From an uncultured bacterium (GTDB lineage: Bacteria > Acidobacteriota > Thermoanaerobaculia > Multivoradales > JAHZIX01): a DNA stretch of 64,000 nucleotides. The notes under the pieces were generated by a model. The model was not told where the DNA came from, did no database searches, and saw only the letters and a list, made by a program, of their open reading frames with translations. The translations under genes were made by a program, and so were the position numbers. The DNA is taken from assembly GCA_965368975.1 (NCBI GenBank), contig CBDUPA010000001.1, forward strand, positions 640,001-704,000, read 5' to 3'. This document shows, one piece after another, positions 8,992-17,938 of this stretch; positions within the stretch are counted from its first letter, which is position 1, and each line of letters starts with the position of its first letter.

Positions 8992-11900
8992 TCAAGGTCC
9001 CGCGCGCCCGGTCGAGTCCACGGTGATGTCGACATTGCCCTCCTCTTTGACCCCGATCAGGTTGTCCGCCAGATTGCGGTCGATGCGACGCAAGAAGGGG
9101 TCGATCTCGACGTAGCGCGGCAGCTCGGCGACTTCCAGCACCAGCTGGTCGTCGCCGCGCAGCCGATGGTGCTCGACGAGGATGCGTGCCTCGCCGCGAC
9201 CATGAGCGGCCGGGTGATGGCGGTAGAGCGCAAGCTGGATGTCCTCGTCGAAGTCCAGCGGTACCGAGCTTCCGTCGTCGAGCGCGTGGCGAGCCGCGTG
9301 TACATCGAGGGTGAGCCGGTAGCTGCCGTCCGGCAAAGCCTCGGCGCGCGCTTCTCCCAGGCGCAGGTCGTAGAAGACGATGCGGGTGAACCAGTCCTCG
9401 AGCAGCGCCCGCTGCCGCGCCGAGGCATCGCGTTGCAGCTCGTCGATCAGGTGGCGCGAGGTCAGCCGTCGATCCCCGGCGCGTGCCCGGGCGACCAGGC
9501 GCCGCAGCGCCGCCTCGACCGCCGGCCGGCCGAGCAGGTCATCGGCCGCCATCATCACCAGGGCCCCCTTCGAGTAGTAGAGGTAGGGCTGGTTCAGCAC
9601 CTCGAAGAGCGGCACGTCGCCGCGCGAGCGGCTGCCGAGGTAGAAGTTGCGCTCGTTCCTGAGCGCAGCGGTGACGGCGTCGATTCCCTGGCGCTTGTCG
9701 AGGGTGATCAGTTCGCTGTAGCGAGCTGTCGACTCGACCAGGACGCTGGCACCCGGGGCTTCGGCGGGGGTCACCTGGTGCCCCCACCACTGGTGGGCGA
9801 CCTCGTGCGAGATGCGCTTGGTGAGCAGGTCGAGGGGGGCGTCGGCGTCGAGGTCGGTGAGGAAGCCGCGGTCCTCGACCATGAAGATGGTGCCGGGTGT
9901 CGCCAGGCCGGCGCCGCGTTTGAGCAGGCTGGGGGTTTCGATCAAGCGCAGGTGATCGAGTGGGTAGGGCCCGAAGCGGCGCGACAGGTCTTCGAGCGCG
10001 TCGGTCGCGGCGTCCAGCATGTAGCGAGCGTTGCGTGCGTGTGGTGGGTGGTAGTAGACCTCGACCTCGATGTCGCTCTCGGAGCCGTCGGGCTGGGCTG
10101 TGCGCCGCTCGACGGCGTAGCGGCCCGAGGCGTAGGCGAGGAAGGGCACCACGGGTCGTTCGAGGACGAAGCGGGCCCAGCGCCGCACGGCACCGCCTTC
10201 GGCGTGTTCCCCCGTCGCGACGCGGCGACCGGGGCCGAGCGGGATCTGGTCGCCGTCGGTCGAGAGGGTGACGTCGAGCGTCAAGGTTTGGGTGCTATCT
10301 CCCAGCTGGCCGCTGACCATCGCTCCTTCGAGGGTGAGCGCCCGTTGCGACGGTGGCAGGCCCTGCCGGCGACGCTGCACCGGGTCGCGCAGTTCGCGGC
10401 CCGCTTGGTAGCCGAGGCTGACACCGTGTGCGTTCTGGAAGAGAAAAGAACCGTTGGCCAGGATGTCTCGGTCGACGCCGCCCGCCTGCACGCCGCCGCG
10501 CCGTATCTCCAGGTCGACTCGCAGCTCGGCCTCCTCGCCGGGCGGCAGCGGCTGTGCCAGGTCGAAGCGGTGGACGCCGAAGCGCGCGTCCGACGTGCTG
10601 GCTAGTTGCTCACCGTCCAGTGGCCCGCCGTCCGGCTGCTCGTTGAGAGAGGGGCCGGCGAGAACCAGCCGCTCGATGCGAGCGTCGCGCGGCACGGTGA
10701 CCCAGACGGTGTCGATCGGCAGGTCGGTGTCATTGCGCAGCTGGTACTGACTCGCGGTGCTGAAGCGGCGCTGACGTGGGTACAGGTCGATGGTCGCGCT
10801 CAGGTGGACCAGGCTCGGCTGCGGTAGTGCTTCCAGGTGCTGGTAGCGGCGCTCGTAGTCGGCGCGCCAGGTGTGCACGTCGTCCGCCGTTTCGTAGCCG
10901 TGGACGGCGTGGACCTGGTGCCAGATGGCACCGCCGATCAGCAGCCAGGCAGCTGTCAGCGCCAGCGACCAGTAGCGCACAGGCCGGCCGGCAGGCCCGC
11001 GCCAGAGAGCTGGCAACGCGGTCAGGCGAAAGCGCAGGCGAGCGTCGGTGCCGCGCCGCCACAGGCCGGTAGTCACGATGCCGAGCAGGATGGCGAACAG
11101 GCTCCAGTAGGCGGTCAGCCAATGAAAGCTCTCTGTCTCGGGGCCGAAGCCAGCCATCGCCGAGTACGGGACTTCCGGCATGGAGGCGAGCTGCAGCAGC
11201 GGGTGGTTGAGATGGCCGAGGGCGCCGCCGTACCAGACGACGACGGCGGCAGCGGTGAGCAGTAGACCGAGGTAGCGGTTGGCGCTCAGCGTCTGCAGCG
11301 CTACGGCCACCACGCCGACGATCGCCAGCGGCAGCACGGAGAAGTAGAGCTGCGAGGCGTAGACGCCGAGATCGAGGTCGAAGTACCCGGCGCTGAGCTG
11401 AAACGTCACGGCGACCGTCGTTGACACCGCGGTCAGCAGCAGGAGCAGGCAGCTCAGCACGGTGAGCTTCGAAGTCAGGAAGAGAGCGTTGCTCGCCGGT
11501 GTGGCGTCGACGATCGGTGCCATGCCGACGCTACGTTCGCGCCACACCAGCTCGGCACTGAAGAACACCAGCAGCACCAGGCCGATCAACGTCGAGGCTT
11601 CTTGCAAGCGCGCGACCAGCAGGGCGGTGCTGGGGAGTAGGGTAGAGCCGTACTCGGCATGCTGTACGTACTGCTGTATCTCCAGCAGACTGAGGCCCGC
11701 CCACAGCACCAGCAGTGCCAGCAGCGGCCAGCTACGCAGCGTCTGTTGCAGGTCGAGACGCACGGTAGATAGCCAGGCAGCCAGCGAACTAGGCAGCCAA
11801 GCTCGTGCCTGTTCGGGGGCGGGCGGAGGGAGTGTGGGCGTCAGAGATGAGGTTCGGTGTGGGATCGAGGGTGCGGTATCGAGTGTGGCCCGCCGACGCG

Positions 11901-12753
11901 CGCGCTTGGCGGTTCCCGTGATCCGGAAGTGGAAGACTCGGTACACCACCGCCAGCACGCATCCGGCGAGCGCCATCCACAGCAAGCGGTTGCTGAGCAA
12001 GTGGCCGCTGAGCGCGAGCCGCTGGCGGTTGAGTTCGTCGAGCGACCAGGTATGGGTCTGTTCGATCACCGCCGCGAGGCCGAAGGGATCGAGCAGTGCC
12101 GCCCAGGCCAGGCCCTCGGGCGTGGCGGGCGTCGAGGTGGCGATCAGCGGCGAGTTGCCGAGCATCGAGACGGCGAAGTAGAGCATGTAGACCACTACGC
12201 CACCGACATACGTGGCCAGCGTGCTGCGCGACAGCACCGCCAGGGCGAACAGCAGGCTGCCGACGATCAGCAGGTTGGGCACCACCAGCACGACGAAGGA
12301 CCACAGGTAGTCGAAGGCGTGGATCGGGCCGAGCTGGCTGGGATCATGACGGCCGAGGAGCAGGCCGAGGTTGTGCCCGAGCCACTGGCCGAGCGGTACC
12401 CAGGCGAAGATCGCCACCGCGACCAACCACACGGCGGCGAAGCTACCCAGCAGGTAGGTGCCGCGCGTCAGAGCGGTGCTATAGATCACCTCGGTCATGC
12501 GATGGGTGCTGTTGCGCAGCACCGACTGCGCGCACAGCACCGTCAGCGGGAAGACGCTGGCAATCGTCAGCAGCGCCATGCCGTGGGCGATCTGGTACGG
12601 CGAGTTGAGCAAGCTCTCACCCGGCAAGCGGCCGAAGGCGGTGAGGGCGAAGGCGAGGAAGCCGAAGATGACGACGGCGATGGCCGTGGTCGGACGGCGC
12701 AGATGGTAGCGCAGCTCGAAGCTGAGGAAGCCGGGGAATTGTTGGTCGAGCAT
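8992..12753 (-). CDS. ABC-2-type permease fused to an M1 family aminopeptidase domain
   Basis: Two multi-TM permease halves (FELRYHLRR.., ELVWRER..DATP), then HEVAHQWW..E zinc motif and YYSKGALVM. Confidence 0.9.
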   Translation of the reverse strand: MLDQQFPGFLSFELRYHLRRPTTAIAVVIFGFLAFALTAFGRLPGESLLNSPYQIAHGMALLTIASVFPLTVLCAQSVLRNSTHRMTEVIYSTALTRGTYLLGSFAAVWLVAVAIFAWVPLGQWLGHNLGLLLGRHDPSQLGPIHAFDYLWSFVVLVVPNLLIVGSLLFALAVLSRSTLATYVGGVVVYMLYFAVSMLGNSPLIATSTPATPEGLAWAALLDPFGLAAVIEQTHTWSLDELNRQRLALSGHLLSNRLLWMALAGCVLAVVYRVFHFRITGTAKRARRRATLDTAPSIPHRTSSLTPTLPPPAPEQARAWLPSSLAAWLSTVRLDLQQTLRSWPLLALLVLWAGLSLLEIQQYVQHAEYGSTLLPSTALLVARLQEASTLIGLVLLVFFSAELVWRERSVGMAPIVDATPASNALFLTSKLTVLSCLLLLLTAVSTTVAVTFQLSAGYFDLDLGVYASQLYFSVLPLAIVGVVAVALQTLSANRYLGLLLTAAAVVVWYGGALGHLNHPLLQLASMPEVPYSAMAGFGPETESFHWLTAYWSLFAILLGIVTTGLWRRGTDARLRFRLTALPALWRGPAGRPVRYWSLALTAAWLLIGGAIWHQVHAVHGYETADDVHTWRADYERRYQHLEALPQPSLVHLSATIDLYPRQRRFSTASQYQLRNDTDLPIDTVWVTVPRDARIERLVLAGPSLNEQPDGGPLDGEQLASTSDARFGVHRFDLAQPLPPGEEAELRVDLEIRRGGVQAGGVDRDILANGSFLFQNAHGVSLGYQAGRELRDPVQRRRQGLPPSQRALTLEGAMVSGQLGDSTQTLTLDVTLSTDGDQIPLGPGRRVATGEHAEGGAVRRWARFVLERPVVPFLAYASGRYAVERRTAQPDGSESDIEVEVYYHPPHARNARYMLDAATDALEDLSRRFGPYPLDHLRLIETPSLLKRGAGLATPGTIFMVEDRGFLTDLDADAPLDLLTKRISHEVAHQWWGHQVTPAEAPGASVLVESTARYSELITLDKRQGIDAVTAALRNERNFYLGSRSRGDVPLFEVLNQPYLYYSKGALVMMAADDLLGRPAVEAALRRLVARARAGDRRLTSRHLIDELQRDASARQRALLEDWFTRIVFYDLRLGEARAEALPDGSYRLTLDVHAARHALDDGSSVPLDFDEDIQLALYRHHPAAHGRGEARILVEHHRLRGDDQLVLEVAELPRYVEIDPFLRRIDRNLADNLIGVKEEGNVDITVDSTGRAGP

Positions 12754-12754
12754 C

Positions 12755-13648
12755 TCAGGCCGCCTCGAGGACGGAGAAGTAGAGGTCTTCGAGTCCGGGC
12801 TCGGTGGTACGGAACGGTTCGCCGCCCGAGGTGTCGGGCTGCTCGTCGGGGTTGGAGCCATCGGTCAGGACGCGCACGCATGTCTGCCCGGCCTGCAACT
12901 GGGTAGACAGCACGTGGAAGCGCGAACGGTAGGCGTCGAGGGCGGCACGCTCGACTGGCCGGCTCCACACCCTGCCGCGCAGCGCGTCGACCAGCTGCCT
13001 TGGTTCACCCTGGGCAACCACGCGACCTTGGTGCAGGATGGCCATCTGCAGGCACAGCTGGCGCACGTCCTCGACGATGTGGGTCGACAGCACCACCACC
13101 CGCTGCTCGCCGATCTCGGCCAGCAGGTCGTGGAAGCGGTGGCGCTCCTCGGGGTCGAGGCCGGCCGTTGGCTCGTCGACGATCACCAACCGCGGCGCGC
13201 CCAGCAGCGCCTGTGCGATGCCGAAGCGTCGCCGCATGCCGCCGGAGAAGCTGCTTACCGCCTGCTTGCGCTGTGTGTACAGGTTGGTGCGCGCGAGCAG
13301 CGCGTCGACCTGTTCACGCCGTTGCTGGCGGTCGGTGAGGCCCTTGAGTAGCGCCAGGTGATCGAGCAGGTCGAGCGCCGAGACGCCAGGGTAGACGCCG
13401 AATTCCTGCGGCAGGTACCCCAGGCCGCGCCGGTGCTCGCGCGGCTGCGTGAAGATGTCGTGGCCATCGAAGTGGATGTGGCCGGCGTCGGCGGTCTGGA
13501 GCGTCGCCAGGGTGCGCATCAGGGTCGATTTACCCGAGCCGTTGGGGCCGAGCAGGCCGAATAGGCCGGTGTCGATGTCGAGGTCGACGCCGTCGAGGGC
13601 GCGCACGCCGTTGGTGTAGGTCTTGGTCAAGCCACGAATTTCCAGCAT
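12755..13648 (-). CDS. ABC transporter ATP-binding protein
   Basis: Walker A GPNGSGKST, signature FSGGM, Walker B VIVDEP, LSTH. Confidence 0.95.
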   Translation of the reverse strand: MLEIRGLTKTYTNGVRALDGVDLDIDTGLFGLLGPNGSGKSTLMRTLATLQTADAGHIHFDGHDIFTQPREHRRGLGYLPQEFGVYPGVSALDLLDHLALLKGLTDRQQRREQVDALLARTNLYTQRKQAVSSFSGGMRRRFGIAQALLGAPRLVIVDEPTAGLDPEERHRFHDLLAEIGEQRVVVLSTHIVEDVRQLCLQMAILHQGRVVAQGEPRQLVDALRGRVWSRPVERAALDAYRSRFHVLSTQLQAGQTCVRVLTDGSNPDEQPDTSGGEPFRTTEPGLEDLYFSVLEAA

Positions 13649-13754
13649 CGTGTATCTCCTATCGTGAGCACTGCTTCATGAGCATTGGAGGGCATAGCTT
13701 CGCCATCGCCGGCTCAGGACCGGCTGCGGCAAGCGGGTTTTTGTCTGTTGCAGT

Positions 13755-15680
13755 TCAGTCGCCGCGGGCGAGGAGCAGGAAGCTACACAGGCCCGGCAGG
13801 CTCGTCATCAGGGTGATCAGGGTCCAGAGTCGAGTGTCGCGCCGCGATAGACCGCGCCGCCGAGCGAGGCCGAAAGTAGTCCCAGCGGCCAGTAGGGCGA
13901 TCAGCAGCGCGGCGACGAGGATCGGGGTCGGCGGTGGCCGGTGCAGCAGGTCGCGCAGGCGCGCGTGATCGCCGGCCTCGGGCAGCAGTAGTGCGCGCGC
14001 CAGGTCCGCACCGCTTTGCAGCAGTGGTGCCTGGAGGAAGTTCCAGTGGCGCAGCCAGGCTGGTGGCCCAGCGGCCAGCGGCTGGTCGACGACGGTTTCG
14101 AAGCTGCTGCCCATCTCGAAGCTGCTGCCCATCTCGAAGTTGCTGGCCGTCTCGGAGTTCCCGTCGACGTGCAGCACGCCGACGATCTGTCGCGCCGGTC
14201 CCAGGTCGCGCTCGCTCAGCGTGCCGTAGGCGAAGGCGACGACGAAAGCTGGATCTGTTGAGGCTTGTGGGTCCTGGGGGTATGGAGTGATCACCACGTG
14301 CAGCAGGTGCCGTAGCTCTTCCGGCCACGGGACGCTGAGCATCCCGTTCGAGGCTGCGGGCACTAGCAGGTAGAGCGCCCGGTCGGTCAACACGCTGGCG
14401 AAGCCGTCGTGATCGATCAGCGGCGCCACCAGCGTTTCGGCTGCCGGGGCCTCGAAGCGCGTCTCGAAGCGCTGGCGGTCCGAGTCGAAGCTGTAGATCC
14501 GGTGGTCGGTGACCAGTTGAGAGTCACTCCAAACACGCGGCACCTCCTCGAAACGGCCGGCCTCTTCAGGAGTAGCGGCGCGGCCCGCGAGGCCCAGCCA
14601 ACCACGCGACACGTTGTCTCGTAGGTCACGACCGTGGAAGGCACGCTGGTCGTGGCGCAACGTCCAGCTCACGCCGGCCGGGTCGCCCAGTACCTGGTCG
14701 CGGTCCTGGAACGGCGGCTGCTGCCAACGTGACCGCCGCCACCAGCGGACGGCTCGCTGGGCACTCTTGTCTTCGCTGTCGAGTTCCTGATCTGCTGGCT
14801 CCAGCGCGGCTGGCCCCAGCGCGGCGAGCAGCTGACGGCTGCGCGGTGTTTGCTGCAGCCGTAGGCCGTGGACAAGGGCATCCTGGCCATAGAGGTAGGA
14901 GAGCCGGGCGTAGGTGCCGGGTGCGAAGTATTCGTTCCAGCTGTGGCGGGCGAAGCTGCGCCAACCGTGCTCTTGGACCGCGACGACGGTCGCGTAGCTC
15001 AGGTTGCCGGCAAACCAGAGCGCGCCAAAGAGCGCCAGCTGGATCGCCAGCGCTCGGCCGATCAAGGACAGCGCGGAGCGCGGTGGAGCGTCGATCGCCG
15101 GTTGTAGAGCCGAGCGTGCCAGCGCGTAGAGGCCGGCGATCACCGCCAGCAGCACCAGTGCACTCCACCAGCCGGCGGCGGTCAGACTGAGGTAGAGCAG
15201 CGGCAGGGCGATCACCAGGACACCGGCCCGGTGCGCACGCAGGTTCACCAGCAGGCCGAGCAGATAGCAGACCAACACGTGGCAGAACAGCCAGGGCAGC
15301 AGCAGCAAGGTGCGTGTCTCGACGCCCGGGCCGGCGCCGGCTTCGAGGCCCAGGACGACCAGCAGCCAGGGGCCGGCGAGCACGGCTAGCAGCAGCAGGA
15401 CGGCGGCGGTCAGCAACGCGTGCAGTACTTGCACCGGCGTCGAGGGGCGGTGCAGCAGGAAAGGCCACAGCCCCTTGCGGCGGTAGCCGGAAACCTGGGC
15501 GGCACCGAGCAGGGCACCGAGAAGTCCGTAGCTCACGCAGACGGCGAAGAAGGTCTGTCTGTCCGCGCCATCGCCCTTCGACGCGACCGCCGTGATCAGG
15601 ATCGCCAGGTGCGCCAGGCCTGCCCACAGCGCCAGGCGGCGGAAGCGGTACAACTCGGCTTGGACCAGATGCCACATCAC
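13755..15680 (-). CDS. Membrane protein, probable ABC permease with a large extracytoplasmic domain
   Basis: Multiple TM helices and FLLHRP motif; lies between two ABC ATPase genes in the same operon. Confidence 0.75.
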   Translation of the reverse strand: MMWHLVQAELYRFRRLALWAGLAHLAILITAVASKGDGADRQTFFAVCVSYGLLGALLGAAQVSGYRRKGLWPFLLHRPSTPVQVLHALLTAAVLLLLAVLAGPWLLVVLGLEAGAGPGVETRTLLLLPWLFCHVLVCYLLGLLVNLRAHRAGVLVIALPLLYLSLTAAGWWSALVLLAVIAGLYALARSALQPAIDAPPRSALSLIGRALAIQLALFGALWFAGNLSYATVVAVQEHGWRSFARHSWNEYFAPGTYARLSYLYGQDALVHGLRLQQTPRSRQLLAALGPAALEPADQELDSEDKSAQRAVRWWRRSRWQQPPFQDRDQVLGDPAGVSWTLRHDQRAFHGRDLRDNVSRGWLGLAGRAATPEEAGRFEEVPRVWSDSQLVTDHRIYSFDSDRQRFETRFEAPAAETLVAPLIDHDGFASVLTDRALYLLVPAASNGMLSVPWPEELRHLLHVVITPYPQDPQASTDPAFVVAFAYGTLSERDLGPARQIVGVLHVDGNSETASNFEMGSSFEMGSSFETVVDQPLAAGPPAWLRHWNFLQAPLLQSGADLARALLLPEAGDHARLRDLLHRPPPTPILVAALLIALLAAGTTFGLARRRGLSRRDTRLWTLITLMTSLPGLCSFLLLARGD

Positions 15681-15686
15681 GGACTC

Positions 15687-16658
15687 CTAGACGGTGGGGG
15701 AGGAAGGAAAAGACGAGTGGGTGGGGTCGACGGTACGCCCGAGCAGCGCGCGCGCCGCGGCTTCGAAACTGACGGCCTGCCGGCTGACGTCGGTGGCGCC
15801 GAGAGCCGCCAGCTCGGCGGCGAAGTCGTCGCCGCGGTCGAGGACGTGGAATTGCTGGATGCCGTCGAGGTCGCGGGCTTGCAGGACGCCATGCCCCGTG
15901 GGCACCGCCGCGCCGGCCGGCAGCGAGGCGGTCCAGGCGACGACGCGGCGGCACAGCTCGTCCGGCGTCGCCGACAGCAGGTTCTGGCCGCCATCGAGCA
16001 GCCAGACCGAGTCGGCCAGTCGCTCGACGTCGTCCAGCTGGTGGGAGCAATAGACCACGGTGCGTTGGAGGCCGTTCTCGCCGGTGTCGTCGCTGGAGCC
16101 CAGGCTGCCCTCCGGGTCCGCGAACAGCAGCGACTCGACGAAGCTCTGGCGCGCCACCACGTCGAGCCCCAGCATTGGCTCGTCGAGGATCAGCAAGCGC
16201 GGTTTCTGTGCCAGCGCCAACGCCAGCGCCAGCCCGGCGCGCTCACCGCGCGACAGCGCGCCGACGTGTTGCCGGGCGGGGATGTCGAATTGCCCCAGGA
16301 CTTCGGCGCACAAGCGTGGTTGCCAGCCAGCAAAGCTGGCTTCTTGTAGTGCGATCAACTGCTCGACGCGCAACCAGCCGGGCAGCGCGTGCTCTTCGCT
16401 GATCCAACCGATCCGCGCCCGTTGCGCCGGCGTCAGGCGTGTCGAGTCGGTGCCCAGGACCGAGCAGTGGCCGGACGTCGGGTGCAGGAAGCCGAGCAGC
16501 AACTGAAAGAGCGTCGATTTGCCGGCTCCGTTGCGTCCGATCACGGCATGGATGCCGCCTTCCGGGATGCGCATGGACAAGGCTCGCAGGACGGGCTTGC
16601 GGCCGTAGTTCTTGCACAGCGCGTGCGTCTCGACGGCTGCCGTGGGCGTTTCAGGCAT
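15687..16658 (-). CDS. ABC transporter ATP-binding protein (YtrB-like)
   Basis: GRNGAGKST, LSRGE, LILDEP, CSH; directly follows the GntR gene. Confidence 0.93.
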   Translation of the reverse strand: MPETPTAAVETHALCKNYGRKPVLRALSMRIPEGGIHAVIGRNGAGKSTLFQLLLGFLHPTSGHCSVLGTDSTRLTPAQRARIGWISEEHALPGWLRVEQLIALQEASFAGWQPRLCAEVLGQFDIPARQHVGALSRGERAGLALALALAQKPRLLILDEPMLGLDVVARQSFVESLLFADPEGSLGSSDDTGENGLQRTVVYCSHQLDDVERLADSVWLLDGGQNLLSATPDELCRRVVAWTASLPAGAAVPTGHGVLQARDLDGIQQFHVLDRGDDFAAELAALGATDVSRQAVSFEAAARALLGRTVDPTHSSFPSSPTV

Positions 16659-17085
16659 CGTTGCCTCCCTTGCCGGGATGTTCTGGATCTTCGGTTCCTA
16701 CTGGCTCTCGAGGTTTGACCGCCTCGAGTTCCTGTGCCACGCGCTCGAGGATCTCGCCGTCCTCCAAGCTGAGGGGCAGCACCGCGTTGACGAAGTGCCG
16801 GGTCGCTTCCTGCAAACGTCGTTGCCGTTCCTCGTCGTGCAGCATCTGCTTCGGCTCACAGACGAAGACGCCGATGCCCTGGCGCGACTCGATCAACCCC
16901 TCGGCGGACAGCTGTCGGTACGCCTTGGCGACCGTGTTCAGGCTCACCGTCAGCTGTAGCGCCAGTCCGCGCACGCTGGGCAGGCGGCTACCCTGCGCCA
17001 GTTCGCCCGCGGCGATCTTGCGCCGCAGACCTTCGAGGATCTGCTGCGATATCGGGCGCGGGTCTCCGGTGATGATCTGGATCAT
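16651..17085 (-). CDS. GntR family regulator (YtrA subfamily)
   Basis: PISQQI..GSRLPSVRGLA..VSLNTVAKAY..LIESRQGIGVFV; short C-terminal domain; heads an ABC operon. Confidence 0.93.
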   Translation of the reverse strand: MIQIITGDPRPISQQILEGLRRKIAAGELAQGSRLPSVRGLALQLTVSLNTVAKAYRQLSAEGLIESRQGIGVFVCEPKQMLHDEERQRRLQEATRHFVNAVLPLSLEDGEILERVAQELEAVKPREPVGTEDPEHPGKGGNDA

Positions 17086-17128
17086 GGGTTGATGTTCTCG
17101 TTGGACGTCGGTGTGTCGTCCGTATCAG

Positions 17129-17151
17129 GTGTATCAATATGCTTGATACAC
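17129..17151. promoter_or_regulatory. Palindromic operator, probable YtrA/GntR autoregulatory site
   Basis: Perfect inverted repeat GTGTATCAA-N5-TTGATACAC about 45 bp upstream of the gntR start. Confidence 0.7.
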
Positions 17152-17218
17152 TGGCTCGTGTCAAGAGGAAAGATGGAGTGGGTGCAGGAGGTGGCGGGGG
17201 TCGAGGAATGAACGCGGT

Positions 17219-17238
17219 TAGTAACCTTTGTGTTACTA
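17219..17238. promoter_or_regulatory. Palindromic operator of the toxin-antitoxin operon
   Basis: TAGTAAC-N6-GTTACTA overlapping a TACTAT -10-like box immediately before the toxin start. Confidence 0.6.
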
Positions 17239-17248
17239 TTGTCGCGTG

Positions 17249-17586
17249 ATGGAGCTTCGCGAGTTCGTCGACGACCAGGGCGGAGCCCCTTCGCGGATTG
17301 GTTCGATCGGTTGAATGCTCCCGCAGCGGCGAAAGTCGCCACCGCCTTGATCCGAATGGAGCAGGGGAATCTGTCGAACGCGAAGAGCGTTGGCCAAGGG
17401 GTCCTCGAAACGAGGATCGACTTCGGGCCAGGGTACCGAGTCTACTTTGGCAGGGATGGAGACGCCCTGATCATTTTGGTCGCCGGTGGTACCAAGAAGC
17501 GACAGTCCAGCGATATCCAGCAGGCGCAACAGCGGTGGCGGGATTACCGCCGACGCAAGCAGGCTCAACGAAAGAAGGGACGCTAG
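17249..17586 (+). pseudogene. RelE/ParE-family (addiction module killer) toxin with an apparent single-base frameshift near codon 11
   Basis: ATG 17249 gives MELREFVDDQG, which joins RSPFADWFDRL..VGQGVLETRIDFGPGYRVYFG only if one G is added at 17278-17280. Confidence 0.7.
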
Positions 17587-17588
17587 TC

Positions 17589-17921
17589 ATGCCTCTGACC
17601 AAGGACTTCAAGCTAACGATTAAACAGCGCATCCAGGCTGATCCAGCCTTCCGAGAGGAATTGTTCAAGGAAGGTATTCAGTGCTTGCTGACCGGGGACC
17701 TCGAAACAGGAAAGGCGATCTTGAGGGACTACATCAATGGAACCTTGGGTTTTCGAGAACTCAGTTCCCGGACCGGTAAGCCCGTCAAGAGCCTGATGCG
17801 GATGTTCAGTCCGGCAGGCAATCCGCAGGCGCGGAACGTTTTCGAGGTCCTGGGCTGTCTCCAGCGCCGGGAAGGTGTGCAAGTCGAGGTGCGGTTGCAG
17901 CCCGTAGCAACTCAGGTGTAG
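17589..17921 (+). CDS. Antitoxin / HTH regulator of the addiction module
   Basis: MPLTKDF..DPAFREEL..GKAILRDYINGTLGF..KSLMRMFSPAGNP; starts 2 nt after the toxin stop. Confidence 0.85.
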   Translation: MPLTKDFKLTIKQRIQADPAFREELFKEGIQCLLTGDLETGKAILRDYINGTLGFRELSSRTGKPVKSLMRMFSPAGNPQARNVFEVLGCLQRREGVQVEVRLQPVATQV

Positions 17922-17938
17922 TTCAGTTTCTTGCCACT

